Positions 19,448 to 29,637 are shown, counted from the stretch's first letter. The stretch: DNA of 64,000 nucleotides from Chloroflexota bacterium (GCA_963663275.1 OY760183.1:1056001-1120000); one strand, 5' to 3'. Made by a program: numbers and translations. Notes: a model not told the origin generated them from the sequence alone.

Positions 19448-19580
19448 CCTGTCCCATTCTATACACGGGCGCGGGGCACGGAAAAGCTCGTAGTGTGCCG
19501 CCTGCCAGCCTGTCCCATTGGACACACCGGCGCGGGCCGGCGCTTCGAGCGCGCCCTTGATTCGCCACCCCTGTCCCATT
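19448..19580 (-). promoter_or_regulatory. Three 11-bp direct repeats (AATGGGACAGG on - strand) at exact 61-bp spacing
   Basis: cctgtcccatt at 19448, 19509 and 19570, upstream of the CPA2 gene. Confidence 0.45.
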
Positions 19581-19879
19581 GCGCGCACGAGCGCGGGGCG
19601 CGTCGCGGTCGTTGCGGCCTGGCCGCAACCGGCTTGCGCGCGCCGCCGCCTGAGGCCATGGTACCAGACGCCTGTGGGTTTCAGGTCTCGATGGCAGGCG
19701 GCGCGGCTCCTATCGAGACCGGGCGGCGGCTGGCGCGGACAGCATCCGGCGGAGTTTACTGTTTCCCGTCCGCGTTTCCTGCCAGACCGGCATTGCCAAC
19801 CTAGAGAGAAACTGCTATACTCTTGTGCGGACGATGGAGTCCGGGGCTAGGCGTAAAAGAGCACAGATTGGAGTGAGCG

Positions 19880-20110
19880 ATGGGCTTCCTGGATGCATTG
19901 TTTGGCAAGAAGAAGTCAAGCGGCAGCGTCCGCGAGACGATTAAGGTCGGCCCGGGGGAAACCCTCGAAGACATCGCGCAACGTGAGTACGGCGATGCCA
20001 CCAAGTGGGACGTGATCTTCCAGAAGAACAAGTGGCGCTTCGACGGCGAAGACCCGAAGACCATCTACCCCGGCATGGACCTGGACATTCCCGAAATCGA
20101 CGGGAAGTAA
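19880..20110 (+). CDS. Small LysM-domain protein (resembles the LysM half of Kbp/YgaU)
   Basis: VGPGETLEDIAQREYGDATKWDVIFQKN...PKTIYPGMDLDIP; GGAG RBS. Confidence 0.85.
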   Translation: MGFLDALFGKKKSSGSVRETIKVGPGETLEDIAQREYGDATKWDVIFQKNKWRFDGEDPKTIYPGMDLDIPEIDGK

Positions 20111-20145
20111 TCCCACACCGTTTCTCATCAATCCGGCTTCCGAAG

Positions 20146-20181
20146 AGGCGCCGGCGCGTATGCGCCGGCGCCTTTCGCTTT
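20146..20181 (+). terminator. Intrinsic terminator
   Basis: aggcgccggcgc-gtat-gcgccggcgcct followed by ttcgcttt, between convergent genes. Confidence 0.7.
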
Positions 20182-20248
20182 AGCGCGCCAACCGCTCTCT
20201 CGTTTACGCGCCAGCGCCTCTCGTGTCCACGGGCCAACCCTCACCCGT

Positions 20249-21097
20249 TTACGCGCCGGCTACCGTCAGCATCTCCCGCAGCGCCTGGGCGGACTCGATC
20301 GCCGCCGCTTCCGGCGGGCCGCCTTCCACCTGGTAGTGCATCTCCAGCGTATAGACGCCGTCGTAGCCGTCTTTGACCAGCGCGCGGAAATGGCCCGCGT
20401 AGTCCGTATTGCCCTTGCCCACCCGGCAGGCCTCGACTTCACCGTTCACCCAGCGGGCGTCTTTCACGTGCATGTGGGCCAGGTGCGGCTTGATGGCCGC
20501 GTAGTGCTTGGGATAGGGTTCTTCATCGGCCCAGAGGCAGTTGCCCGGATCCCAAATCGCTTTCAGATGCGGCGAACCGACCGCCTCGATCAAGCGGCGC
20601 GACTCCTCGCCCACGCCCGCGTAGCAGGACGGCTCGTTCTCCATGCCCAGATCGAACCCGTGTTTGGCGGCAATGTCCAGCGCCGGGCCAAAGCGTTCCA
20701 CCACCTTGTCGAACACCGCTTCCGGGTCGTCATCCCGCCAGAAAGAGAAGCAGCGCACGACCCGCGTGCCGAACCGCTCGGCCAGGGCGAAGCAGTGCGG
20801 CAGCAGCGCCAAGTGCTCCTCGTAGGTCATCTCCTGCGCGCCGAAGGTGTCACCCTCCACGGTGCGCTGGCGGCCTTCCAGGGGGCACTTGAAGATGGGC
20901 GTGCCCAAGGCGCTCACCTGAATGCCGTTTTGCGCCAGGGAGCGTTCGACGCCGTCCAGCTCTTCCGGTGAAAGGTCCATCAAGTTGGTGCCGTTGACGG
21001 TGCGCAGTTCGGCGTACATGATGCCGTGCTCGCGCATCACGCCCAGGCCCGTGTCGAAGTCCGGGTGCACCTCGTCGGTAAAGATGCCAATCTTCAT
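20249..21097 (-). CDS. Sugar phosphate isomerase/epimerase (xylose-isomerase-like TIM barrel)
   Basis: IFTDEV, MENE, WDPGN, HMHVKDA, TLEMH metal-binding motifs. Confidence 0.88.
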   Translation of the reverse strand: MKIGIFTDEVHPDFDTGLGVMREHGIMYAELRTVNGTNLMDLSPEELDGVERSLAQNGIQVSALGTPIFKCPLEGRQRTVEGDTFGAQEMTYEEHLALLPHCFALAERFGTRVVRCFSFWRDDDPEAVFDKVVERFGPALDIAAKHGFDLGMENEPSCYAGVGEESRRLIEAVGSPHLKAIWDPGNCLWADEEPYPKHYAAIKPHLAHMHVKDARWVNGEVEACRVGKGNTDYAGHFRALVKDGYDGVYTLEMHYQVEGGPPEAAAIESAQALREMLTVAGA

Positions 21098-21214
21098 TGC
21101 CGTTTCCTTCTCCAATCGGTGAGATAGTCCCTGCGCATTATACAAGAAGCCCCGCCGCCCCGCCGCCGCCTTGCCAGGGGCGCGCCCTCATGCCGGGCCC
21201 GGCCGGAAGCGCGG

Positions 21215-22510
21215 TTATGCGCCTTCCGCCTGGGCCGCCGCCGTTTCGGCCGCGTCCGGCAGCGGCCGGGTGAAGCGGCGCAGCGCGCTGACGGCGAGCG
21301 CGGCGGCGGCAATCGCGGCCGCGCCGGCCACGCCAAAGAGCGCCTCGAACGAGACGAGGTCCGCCAGCAGCCCGCCCACCGGCGTCAGGAGGATCAGGAC
21401 GCCAATCAGCGTATTGGTGAAGCCCATGTAGATGATGCGTTCTTCTACCGGCGAGACCTCGATTGCCAGCACCGAGAACGTGATTTCCTGCCCGCCGGTG
21501 GCCGTGCCGAGCAGGACGAAGAGGGCGATGAACACGCCGCCGACGAGAGCCGTACCCGCATTGGCGAGCGTGAGCGCCTGCGCCGCCAGCGCCAACACCG
21601 GCGGCAGGATGCTGAACAGCGTCGTCGCCACCAGCAACAGCCAGCCGCCGCCGCGCGCGCCCAGCCAGCCCCAGATTACGTTGCTGCCGATCACGCCGCC
21701 CATCAGCGCCACCGCGGACGTCGCCACCACGCCCGCCGGCAGTTGCAGCACTCTGGCGCCGTACACCACGTAGAACGGCATCGCGATGAAGGTCAACATG
21801 GTCAGCACGCGGATGATGAGGTACGTGCGAAACGGCGGGTCGCGCTGGATGATCTCCCGGATGCGGCGCAGGTCGCCGCGCATGTTGCGCTTGGGCGGCA
21901 GCGGCGGCCCTTCCGGTTCCCGGACGGCGCTGAACGACGCGTACCCGGCCGAGGTGAAGACCCACGTCAACGCGAAGAGCAGCCAGACCAGGTCGAGGCT
22001 CCCTTCCGAGCGTTCCAGCACCTGGCGCACGACCACGCCGGCCGCCAATGCGCCAATGCCGCCAAAGAAGTTGCGCAGCGAGAAGAAGGTGGAAAGCTGG
22101 CGGCGGGGCACGATGCGCCCGACCACGTCGAAGAACGCCAGGCCGGTAAAGCCGCCGGAGAGCGACGCGATTGCCGTCAGGCCGATGAGGGCCGGCAGCA
22201 CAATCTCGGCCCGCGCCGGCACGGCGAACACAACGGCCGCCAGCAGCGCCCAACAGGTACTGCGCACCAGCGCGCTGCGCCGGTAGAACTTCAGCTTCCG
22301 CCGCTGGCGCTGCATGTAGTTGATCAACAACAACTGGGGCAGCGCCCAGCCGCCCAACTGCATGGCCGGCAGGATGCCGATGATCACGTTGGACTGCGTA
22401 AGCTGGCTGACGTACCAGGGCAGCGCCACCGTGGCGCTGGTAAAGGCCATGCCCGTGGCGTAGAAGACGCCGTTCAGGACGCCACAGATGAAGTTTCTCC
22501 GGCTGGACAA
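21215..22510 (-). CDS. MFS transporter
   Basis: About 12 hydrophobic helices in two 6-TM halves; WGWLGARGG loop motif. Confidence 0.85.
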   Translation of the reverse strand: MSSRRNFICGVLNGVFYATGMAFTSATVALPWYVSQLTQSNVIIGILPAMQLGGWALPQLLLINYMQRQRRKLKFYRRSALVRSTCWALLAAVVFAVPARAEIVLPALIGLTAIASLSGGFTGLAFFDVVGRIVPRRQLSTFFSLRNFFGGIGALAAGVVVRQVLERSEGSLDLVWLLFALTWVFTSAGYASFSAVREPEGPPLPPKRNMRGDLRRIREIIQRDPPFRTYLIIRVLTMLTFIAMPFYVVYGARVLQLPAGVVATSAVALMGGVIGSNVIWGWLGARGGGWLLLVATTLFSILPPVLALAAQALTLANAGTALVGGVFIALFVLLGTATGGQEITFSVLAIEVSPVEERIIYMGFTNTLIGVLILLTPVGGLLADLVSFEALFGVAGAAAIAAAALAVSALRRFTRPLPDAAETAAAQAEGA

Positions 22511-22636
22511 GGGACGCTCTACTTTCGCGGGCCGCGGGCCGCGCGCATGGCAGTAGCAACGCCTGACAGGCGGTAGGCTCGCAACGTGTCGTTACGGTGT
22601 CGCACTAGCATTTGGCGCATGACGTTCAGTCCTTTC

Positions 22637-22904
22637 CCGTTCGCCCTGAGCTTGTCGAAGGGTGAACGGCCTTGGAAGCGGGGTAGCTTTCGCCAGTCAG
22701 TCCTTTCCGTTCGTACTTCGACAGGCTCAGCACGAACGGAAAGGACTGACTTCCTCTAAGGCGCGGAACCCGTTAGTAGCGGAACCCGTTAGTAGCGGAA
22801 CCCATGAGTAGCAGAACTCAAGAGGCTCAAAGTCATCAAATTCCAAACGAGAGCATTGGTGTTCAACCCCCGCCCGGTAGGGGCGCGACACGTCGCGCCC
22901 CTAC
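22637..22904. repeat. Cluster of palindromes and a 16-bp microsatellite
   Basis: CTTCGACA family pair (22637-22752), gcggaacccgttagta x3-4 (22763-22825), gtaggggcgcgacacgtcgcgcccctac (22877-22904). Confidence 0.8.
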
Positions 22905-22928
22905 CGGGCCGGATTCAGGATTTCGCGG

Positions 22929-23819
22929 TTACGCGTCGCGCACGATGGCGTCGGCCATGCGGCACACGCGCACCATGGGGCCCACGTCGTGCACGCGCAC
23001 CAGATCGACGCCCTGCGCAATCGCCAGCGCCACCGTGGCCGCCGTGCCCTCCAGACGCTCCGCCGCCGGCAGGTCGAGGGTTAGCCCGATGAACGACTTG
23101 CGCGACGTGCCGATCAACACCGGCCGCCTGAGGGCCTGGAGCGCGCCGAGGTTGCGCATGAGCGCGATGTTCTGCCGGGGTGTCTTGCCGAAGCCGATGC
23201 CGGGATCGACGATGACGTTTTCCGGCGCGATGCCGCTGGCGGCCGCCAACGCGCACGTCTCGCCCAGTTCGCGCGTTACGTCCTGCGCAACGTCGCCGTA
23301 TTCCGCCGCGCCGACGTACCCGCCCAGGGCCGATTGCCGGGGCGCGGCGCGGCGATTGTGCATGAGCACGACCGGCACGTTCAAGCCGGCCACCGCGGCG
23401 GCCATGGCCGGATCGCCGCGCAGCCCCCAGACGTCGTTCACCATGGCCGCGCCGGCGCTCACCGCCTCACGCGCCACGGCGGCCTTATAGGTGTCGATCG
23501 AGAGCGGGATGTCCACCGCGCGGCGTATCGCCTCGATTGCCGGCAGCACCCGGTCCAGTTCCGCTTGCGCGGAGACCGCGTCCGCGCCGGGCCGGGTGGA
23601 TTCGCCGCCAATATCCAGAATGTCCGCGCCCTCCGCCGCGAACCGGGCGGCCTGCTCCACGGCGCGGCCCACGTCGCCCCCTACGCCGTCGCCGGAAAAT
23701 GAATTCGGCGTCACGTTGAGAATGCCGACCACGTAGGTGCGGTCGCCCCACCGCAGCGCGCGATCGCCGCAGCGGGTCTCGCGCGGCGTGGCCGCGTGAG
23801 CCAACGGCGGCAGGCTCAT
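22929..23819 (-). CDS. folP: Dihydropteroate synthase
   Basis: GILNVTPNSFS, DIGGESTRPG, SIDTYKA, DPGIGFGK, GTSRKSFIG, RVHDV. Confidence 0.96.
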   Translation of the reverse strand: MSLPPLAHAATPRETRCGDRALRWGDRTYVVGILNVTPNSFSGDGVGGDVGRAVEQAARFAAEGADILDIGGESTRPGADAVSAQAELDRVLPAIEAIRRAVDIPLSIDTYKAAVAREAVSAGAAMVNDVWGLRGDPAMAAAVAGLNVPVVLMHNRRAAPRQSALGGYVGAAEYGDVAQDVTRELGETCALAAASGIAPENVIVDPGIGFGKTPRQNIALMRNLGALQALRRPVLIGTSRKSFIGLTLDLPAAERLEGTAATVALAIAQGVDLVRVHDVGPMVRVCRMADAIVRDA

Positions 23820-25399
23820 TGCGCTTCCTCTGCCGCCGGGCGGACAAGCGCGTACTGGTAGCCGTGTATCAGCGTATCGCCCGCCTCCACGGTCACAACG
23901 AAGAGACTCACCCCGGGACCCAGACCCACGTGCTTGATCCGCTCCGAGCGGTCGCTGGTGTTGCGCGCCATGTCCGGCAGGATCACCCGCGTGACGCCCT
24001 CCGGGATTTCAAGCTCCTGGCGCGTCTCCCAGTAGGTGGAGTCTCCCGGGTCGAAGAGCAGCCGGAAGGTGTAGTCCGGCAGATAGTACGACAACTGGTT
24101 GGAGCGGTCGAACGCCACGATCAGCGTCCGCTCCGGCGCGTGGTTCAAGGTAATGTAGCGCACTTGCTTCGTCAGTATGTCGTCGATCTGGCGTATTTCC
24201 TTATACCGGCCCTGGCCGTCCGCGAAGAGGAAGAGCAGCGTATTGGCGAGCGCGATGACGGCCACCAGCGCCACGGTGATGCCCAGCGCGACGCGGTGCG
24301 GCGTGAGCGCGGTGGTCACCATGCCGCGCTGCGTCATCAGGAAGCGGTACGCTTGTTCGCAGTCCCGGGACAAGCCCCGGATGGCCAGCACCGCGTAGAT
24401 GATCAGGCCGGGGAGAAACGAGAGCACGTAGCCGGGATTGCCAATGTAGATGAACGTGTAGAACAAGATGGGCACGATCATCCACAGCAGAATCAACCGC
24501 GTGCGCGCCTCGCGCAGGATCTGCTGCGGCGAAAAGAAGCGCCCGACGTAGTAGATGATCGGCAGCAGGGCAAGGCCCACGCCGTTGTAGAGATACGCGG
24601 AGAGCGTGCGCATGTTGTCCAGCACGCTTTGCAAGTAGGCCAGCAGGCCGCCGGATTGCCCGGCCCAGAAGGCGTAATTCTCGCTGGACGCCTGCCAGTA
24701 CGCTTCCCAGCCGCCGGAAAGTTGCGCCATGGGCACGCCCCACGCCAGCACGACCGCCAGCATGACGCTAATCCCGCCCACCAGGCTGCCCAGGCTGCGG
24801 CCCCACCAGGCGTAGACCCATACCGGCAAGAGGAAGAGCAGCAGGTCCGGCCGGAAGCCCGCGCCCACACCCAGCACGAACGCGGCCGGCACGATCAGGT
24901 TGCGCGTCCCCAGTTTCGTCTCGGCCAACAGCAGCACGACCAGCGTGCTGAACAGGGCGAGAAAGGCGTAAGGATACGCTACCTCGCCGTGCGACCAGAA
25001 GGTGCTGCCGGTGGCCAGCAGCAGCGCGCTGATGACCGCGGTCTGCGCGCCGTAGAGCCGCCAGGCCAGCATGAAGAGCAGCCACACCGCCAGGCTGCTG
25101 GCCGCCAGGGAGAGGAGCACGTAACTCAGGTTGGCGTCCACGCCCAGACCGTACAGCAGTTTGGCGGCGGCGACGTACAGCGGGTAGCCGGGCGGCTGCG
25201 GGTGATGGAAGGCGACGTTGTACGCATCCAGGGCGAAAGCGTAGCTGGCGGAATCCCACGCGAAGAGCGTCTGGCTGCGAAAAGGGATGCGGCTGATGGC
25301 CGTGGCCGCGCAGAATCCAAGGCCGAGCAACCACGCCAGCCGGCTCCACGCGGTAAGCCCGTGGCGCGATCCGGCCGTTATCCGTGCCGTCTGTTCCAT
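23816..25399 (-). CDS. Polytopic membrane protein, GT-C / DUF2723 (PMT-like) glycosyltransferase family
   Basis: WDSASY..AL, HHPQPPGYPLY loop motif followed by many TM helices. Confidence 0.75.
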   Translation of the reverse strand: MEQTARITAGSRHGLTAWSRLAWLLGLGFCAATAISRIPFRSQTLFAWDSASYAFALDAYNVAFHHPQPPGYPLYVAAAKLLYGLGVDANLSYVLLSLAASSLAVWLLFMLAWRLYGAQTAVISALLLATGSTFWSHGEVAYPYAFLALFSTLVVLLLAETKLGTRNLIVPAAFVLGVGAGFRPDLLLFLLPVWVYAWWGRSLGSLVGGISVMLAVVLAWGVPMAQLSGGWEAYWQASSENYAFWAGQSGGLLAYLQSVLDNMRTLSAYLYNGVGLALLPIIYYVGRFFSPQQILREARTRLILLWMIVPILFYTFIYIGNPGYVLSFLPGLIIYAVLAIRGLSRDCEQAYRFLMTQRGMVTTALTPHRVALGITVALVAVIALANTLLFLFADGQGRYKEIRQIDDILTKQVRYITLNHAPERTLIVAFDRSNQLSYYLPDYTFRLLFDPGDSTYWETRQELEIPEGVTRVILPDMARNTSDRSERIKHVGLGPGVSLFVVTVEAGDTLIHGYQYALVRPAAEEAQ

Positions 25400-25600
25400 A
25401 AGCGCTATCGATCGGCGGTCGTGTGAGTGAGGGAGACGCGCGCGGCCAGGCCCGCAGGACACCAACTCCTAATTCTAGCCCCGCCACAAGCCGCAACGCA
25501 AGCGCCCCCGCCCATGAACCGGAGAAACCAATTCTCCGGCAGTCCCACGCGCCGCTATCGACAGATAGCGTAGGTTTGTAACCTGCGCCGCCGGGAGCCG

Positions 25601-26153
25601 GTAGCGCGGGGGCTTGTCCCCCGCCTGGCGCCGACAAGGGTAGGCAATCTGTAGCCGGCCTGAGGTGTCATTCCGAACGGAGCGCAGCGGAGAGAGGAAT
25701 CTAAGGCGTATCCCTGCCATTTCATCGTTCCTAGATTCCTCGCTCCGCTCGGAATGACACTTGTATACCCCTGTCAGCCCGCCTGGTTCCAACGGGCCAC
25801 GTTCCCCACGCCGGCGCAAAGCCTGCCCCGCACGCTAAACGGGGCCGGAAAGCCTACCCTCGTTTGGCGCAGGTCTGCAACCTGGGACGCCAAGAGCACG
25901 TAGCGCGGGGGCTAGTCCCCCGCCTGGCGCTGACAAAGGTAGGCAATCTATATTCGGCCTGAGGTGTCATTCCGAACGGAGCGCAGCGGAGAGAGGAATC
26001 TAAGGCGTATCCCTGCCATTTCATCGTTCCTAGATTCCTCGCTCCGCTCGGAATGACACTTGTATACCCCTGTCAGCCCGCCTGGTTCCAACGGGCCACG
26101 TTCCCCACGCCGGCGCAAAGCCTGCCCCGCACGCTAAACGGGGCCGGAAAGCC
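25601..26153 (+). repeat. 299-bp tandem duplication of REP-A plus MITE family 2
   Basis: Units start at 25601 and 25900 and are near-identical. Confidence 0.88.
25628..25780. mobile_element. MITE family 2 (GGGCTGACAAGGGTA ends) carrying paired GTCATTCCGA..GGAATCT palindromes; duplicate at 25927-26079
   Basis: TIRs gcgccgacaagggta / tacccctgtcagccc; 5-bp TSD gcctg on both sides. Confidence 0.78.
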
Positions 26154-26161
26154 GACACTCT

Positions 26162-26272
26162 GGTAGCGCAGGTTTGAAACCTGCGTCTTCCGTAGGGTCA
26201 ATCCATTCCTTTAGCATTTATCTTGTTCCGGCGGGGGACAAGCCCCCGCGCTACGTAAATGCGTCAGTATTG
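26162..26272. repeat. REP-B/REP-A inverted doublet followed by a degenerate IS4 TIR
   Basis: Homologous to 8470-8560 and 29727-29819; taaatgcgtcagtattg (26256-26272) matches the IS TIR at 14/17. Confidence 0.7.
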
Positions 26273-26500
26273 GGGGCCACGCCCACGCTCTCTCAGGCAG
26301 ACGCCCGCTCCTCTCGCTTCCGCACCAACGCCGCATGACACACTACATCGCCAACGTAAACACCGCTTTCCCGCTTTTCTTACATTCTTCTCATACTTGA
26401 CAAGCTCCGCCAGTGTACCATTGCAGCCAAGCGCGCCGCGCATGGGTCTTACCACTGTGCCGCACAATTGCGAACCCGCTCTGCGCCAAGGAGCAGGACG

Positions 26501-27811
26501 ATGCTCTCACGCCGAACGTTGATAGGTAGCACGGCATTGCTCGCGGCCGGCTGCGGCGGGCTGGACATACCGTTGCCGGGACTGGGCGCTCCGAAGATTA
26601 CCCCATTGACCTGGGTTTCGCACATGATTACCGGTCTCGGTTCTGGGCACGCTGTCGCTTCGCCTGAGCAGCATCTCCGGCGAGTGGAGCAAGAACTGGC
26701 GGACGACAGCGAAAGCGCCTTTGGTCCCACGCGGGGGCGCTATAGCCTGGCGCTGCGCTACTTCGAGCGGTACGCGGGGCCTTACTCGGATCGCGATGCT
26801 GAGGAGTACCGCAAGCCGGAGTACCTGGCCGCGTGGCTGCAGGAAGTCGGCGCGGACTTGGTAACTCTCTGGCCTCAGGAAGCGCGGGCGTTGGGGGAGA
26901 TGGGCGCCTTGCTGCCCCTGGACCGGTTCAGCGGCGACGAATCCGGGCTTAGCGGCGATTTCTACTCTTCCGCGCTCGATTACTACCGAGAGAAGAATGC
27001 GCTCTACGCCCTGCCCGTAGGCGCGGATCCGTTGATGCTCTCATACGACGTGGACTATTTTGCGCGTATGGGGGTGTCGCCGCCGGACTCTACGTGGGAC
27101 TGGGACATCCTGGTGGAAAACGCGCTGAAGCTGACGGAGCGGGAAGAGGACGGCACGGTATCGCGCTGGGGATTGATAGCGCACGGCAGTTCCATTTGGT
27201 GGGCGCTGTGGCAGAACGAAGCGATACTGGCGGATGCGCAAACCTCGCAGTGCCGCTTGCAGGAACCGGCCGCCGTCGCAGCGCTGGAGTTCGTTCGCGG
27301 CTTGATGCACACGCACGGCGTCTCGCCCGCGGCTTCCGGACCGGAGCTAAGTAGGTTGATCTATGGTGAAGTGGCCTCCCCGGCGGCCATGATCTACTTC
27401 CCGGTACTTTACCTCTCCCCGGTCGCCACGTATCGCCGGGCAGAATTGCCCAGAGGCAAGGCGCGCAGCACGGAGATCAATCCCTACCCGGGAATCGCGA
27501 TTGCGGCGCGGACCGCCAATCCCGATGCAGCCTACACCGCGCTCAGGGGTCTCGTGAAGGCTATGCATCCGCACGTAAGAGTGCCTGTGGAGCGCGAGGC
27601 GGTGGCGCGTCTTGGGGACTACCGGTGGGATCTCCAACCGGAAGAGGTTACGGCAATCCAGCAGTCCATGGAATACGGACGCGGGGAGCCGGAGGATGAA
27701 GGTCAGTGGAGCGCCATGTTAACGGTGGTAGAGGCGCTCGCACGCGGCGATGAAGTAGCCTCCGCGATCAACCAGGCCTGCGCTGTCCTCTATGAGAGCC
27801 AGCGGGCGTGA
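26501..27811 (+). CDS. Extracellular solute-binding protein (family 1), Tat lipoprotein
   Basis: MLSRRTLIG twin-arginine signal, LAAGC lipobox, LLPLD, LYALPV, WDWD..ENALKLT. Confidence 0.85.
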   Translation: MLSRRTLIGSTALLAAGCGGLDIPLPGLGAPKITPLTWVSHMITGLGSGHAVASPEQHLRRVEQELADDSESAFGPTRGRYSLALRYFERYAGPYSDRDAEEYRKPEYLAAWLQEVGADLVTLWPQEARALGEMGALLPLDRFSGDESGLSGDFYSSALDYYREKNALYALPVGADPLMLSYDVDYFARMGVSPPDSTWDWDILVENALKLTEREEDGTVSRWGLIAHGSSIWWALWQNEAILADAQTSQCRLQEPAAVAALEFVRGLMHTHGVSPAASGPELSRLIYGEVASPAAMIYFPVLYLSPVATYRRAELPRGKARSTEINPYPGIAIAARTANPDAAYTALRGLVKAMHPHVRVPVEREAVARLGDYRWDLQPEEVTAIQQSMEYGRGEPEDEGQWSAMLTVVEALARGDEVASAINQACAVLYESQRA

Positions 27812-28110
27812 GGAGCGGCGCGGCAGCGGGCGGTGGGAGCGCGGAAGTGGTGGCGCGTATGGCCCGCGCTGCGGTCTGTCTTCCTACAAATATAAGCGGC
27901 GGGCGTCAAGGCCCGATGGTGTCGCAGCGACGCCGTGCCGGAGCTGTTCACCCTTCGACCTCGCTCAGGGCGATCGGCTCCGGCGCAGTCTTGGCGCTTT
28001 GGGACTTTTGCTTCCGTTCGTTGTGCGCGCGCGGCGGCTTGCGCGGGATTCGGCATGTGTGCTTAGCTAGAGACGGTACCAGACGCTAAGCAGAATTGAG
28101 GCTTTGTGGC

Positions 28111-29574
28111 ATGAACGTGGTTGTCATTTGCCTGGACACCATGCGCACGGACATGGTGCGTTCCTTGGGCGCGGACTTCATTCGCACGCCGGTGCTGGAT
28201 AACCTGGCCGCCGAAAGCGCGGTCTTCACCCAGGCGTACGGCTGCGCCTATCCTACGATTCCCGCGCGCCGGGCGCTCTTTACCGGCATGAACAGCTTTC
28301 CCTGGCGCTTTGGCTACGACACGCTTGGCTCCAGCCCTTCGCCGCGCGGCTGGCACAAGATCCCGCCGGAGCATACGCCGGTGTCGGAACTGCTGGTGGA
28401 AGCGGGTGTCAATACCGGCTTCATCGCCGATACCTACCACATGTTCAAGGCCACCATGAACTTCACCCGGGGCTTCTGCTCCTGGGACTTCGTGCGCGGC
28501 CAGGAGTTCGACCACTGGAAGACCCTGCCGCCCGGCGCGGTTGACCCCACGCAGTACACCGACGCCGCGCCGGATTCGCCCCGCATGACCGGCATGGTGC
28601 AGTACCTCTGGAACCAGGGCGAGCGCCCCCGGGACGACGACTTCCAGGCGGCGCGCGTGTTCGCCAGTGCCATGGACTGGGTGGAGAACAACGCCGCCTA
28701 CGGGCCGTTCTACCTCTACATCGATTCCTTCGATCCCCACGAGCCGTGGGACCCGCCGCTCCACTACGCCGACGCCTACTACAGGGACGATTCGGTGAAA
28801 GACTACATCTGGCCGGTGGGCACGGAGGTGGAAGGGGAAGCGGCGCAAGAGCGCACCAAGGCCCTCTACTACGGCGAAGTGACGTTCGTGGATACCTGGA
28901 TCGGCCACTTCCTGGATAAGCTGGAGGCGCTCCACCTGCTGGACGATACGGTCATCATCTTTACGTCCGACCACGGCACCGAGTTGCTCGACCGCAACCG
29001 CTTCGGCAAGTCCGAAGACCACCTCCAGTGGTTCAACACCCGCATCAACATGTTCATCCGCCATCCGGACAAACAGCACGCGGGCAAGCGCCTGGACGCT
29101 TTCGTGCAGCATCAGGACGTGCCGCCTACTGTGCTGGACCTGTTCGGCGTGCCCTACCAGGGACTGGACGGCATGTCCATGTGGCCGCTGGTGACGGGCG
29201 AGCGGGCGAGCAACCGCGACTTCATCATCGCCGGCTGGGGGCAGCACGCTACGGTGCGCGACCACGATTACAACTACGTGGTGGACTTCGAGCAAGGCCC
29301 GCGCAAGACCGACAGCGGCGGCTTTACGGTGACGCAGGAAACTGCCGCCCTGCACGTGCAGGAAGAACTCTACAACCTGCGCGCCGACCCGCTGGAGACG
29401 ACCAACGTGCTGGAAGGCGAACCGGCGGCGGCGGAGAAGTTGCGCTCCCGCTTGGAAGGCTTCCTGGACCAGCAGTTGCCGGCGCATCTGGACGACCGGG
29501 TGGATACCTACGAATACCCCCGGCGCGTGCACGCCAAGACGAACCCACAAATGCGGCGCATCGTCTCCGGCTGA
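28111..29574 (+). CDS. Sulfatase-like hydrolase (alkaline phosphatase superfamily)
   Basis: VICLDTMRTD, TPVLD, TIPARRALFTG, DPHEPWDPP, FTSDHG, ELYNLRADPLE. Confidence 0.88.
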   Translation: MNVVVICLDTMRTDMVRSLGADFIRTPVLDNLAAESAVFTQAYGCAYPTIPARRALFTGMNSFPWRFGYDTLGSSPSPRGWHKIPPEHTPVSELLVEAGVNTGFIADTYHMFKATMNFTRGFCSWDFVRGQEFDHWKTLPPGAVDPTQYTDAAPDSPRMTGMVQYLWNQGERPRDDDFQAARVFASAMDWVENNAAYGPFYLYIDSFDPHEPWDPPLHYADAYYRDDSVKDYIWPVGTEVEGEAAQERTKALYYGEVTFVDTWIGHFLDKLEALHLLDDTVIIFTSDHGTELLDRNRFGKSEDHLQWFNTRINMFIRHPDKQHAGKRLDAFVQHQDVPPTVLDLFGVPYQGLDGMSMWPLVTGERASNRDFIIAGWGQHATVRDHDYNYVVDFEQGPRKTDSGGFTVTQETAALHVQEELYNLRADPLETTNVLEGEPAAAEKLRSRLEGFLDQQLPAHLDDRVDTYEYPRRVHAKTNPQMRRIVSG

Positions 29575-29637
29575 ACCTGGCCGCGCCCGCCTCCTTGCCG
29601 GTGACCCGTGCGCGACCATTACCGGTAGGCGGAAATT

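Noticed and set aside
19448-19580. 61-bp periodicity as a degenerate type I-E CRISPR or a c-di-AMP riboswitch
   Set aside because: Shared motif is only 11-15 bp, non-palindromic, with three copies; no ydaO-type consensus recognised
22763-22825. 16-bp tandem repeat as iterons or an operator array
   Set aside because: Only 3-4 decaying copies within a repeat-rich intergenic gap; no rep gene
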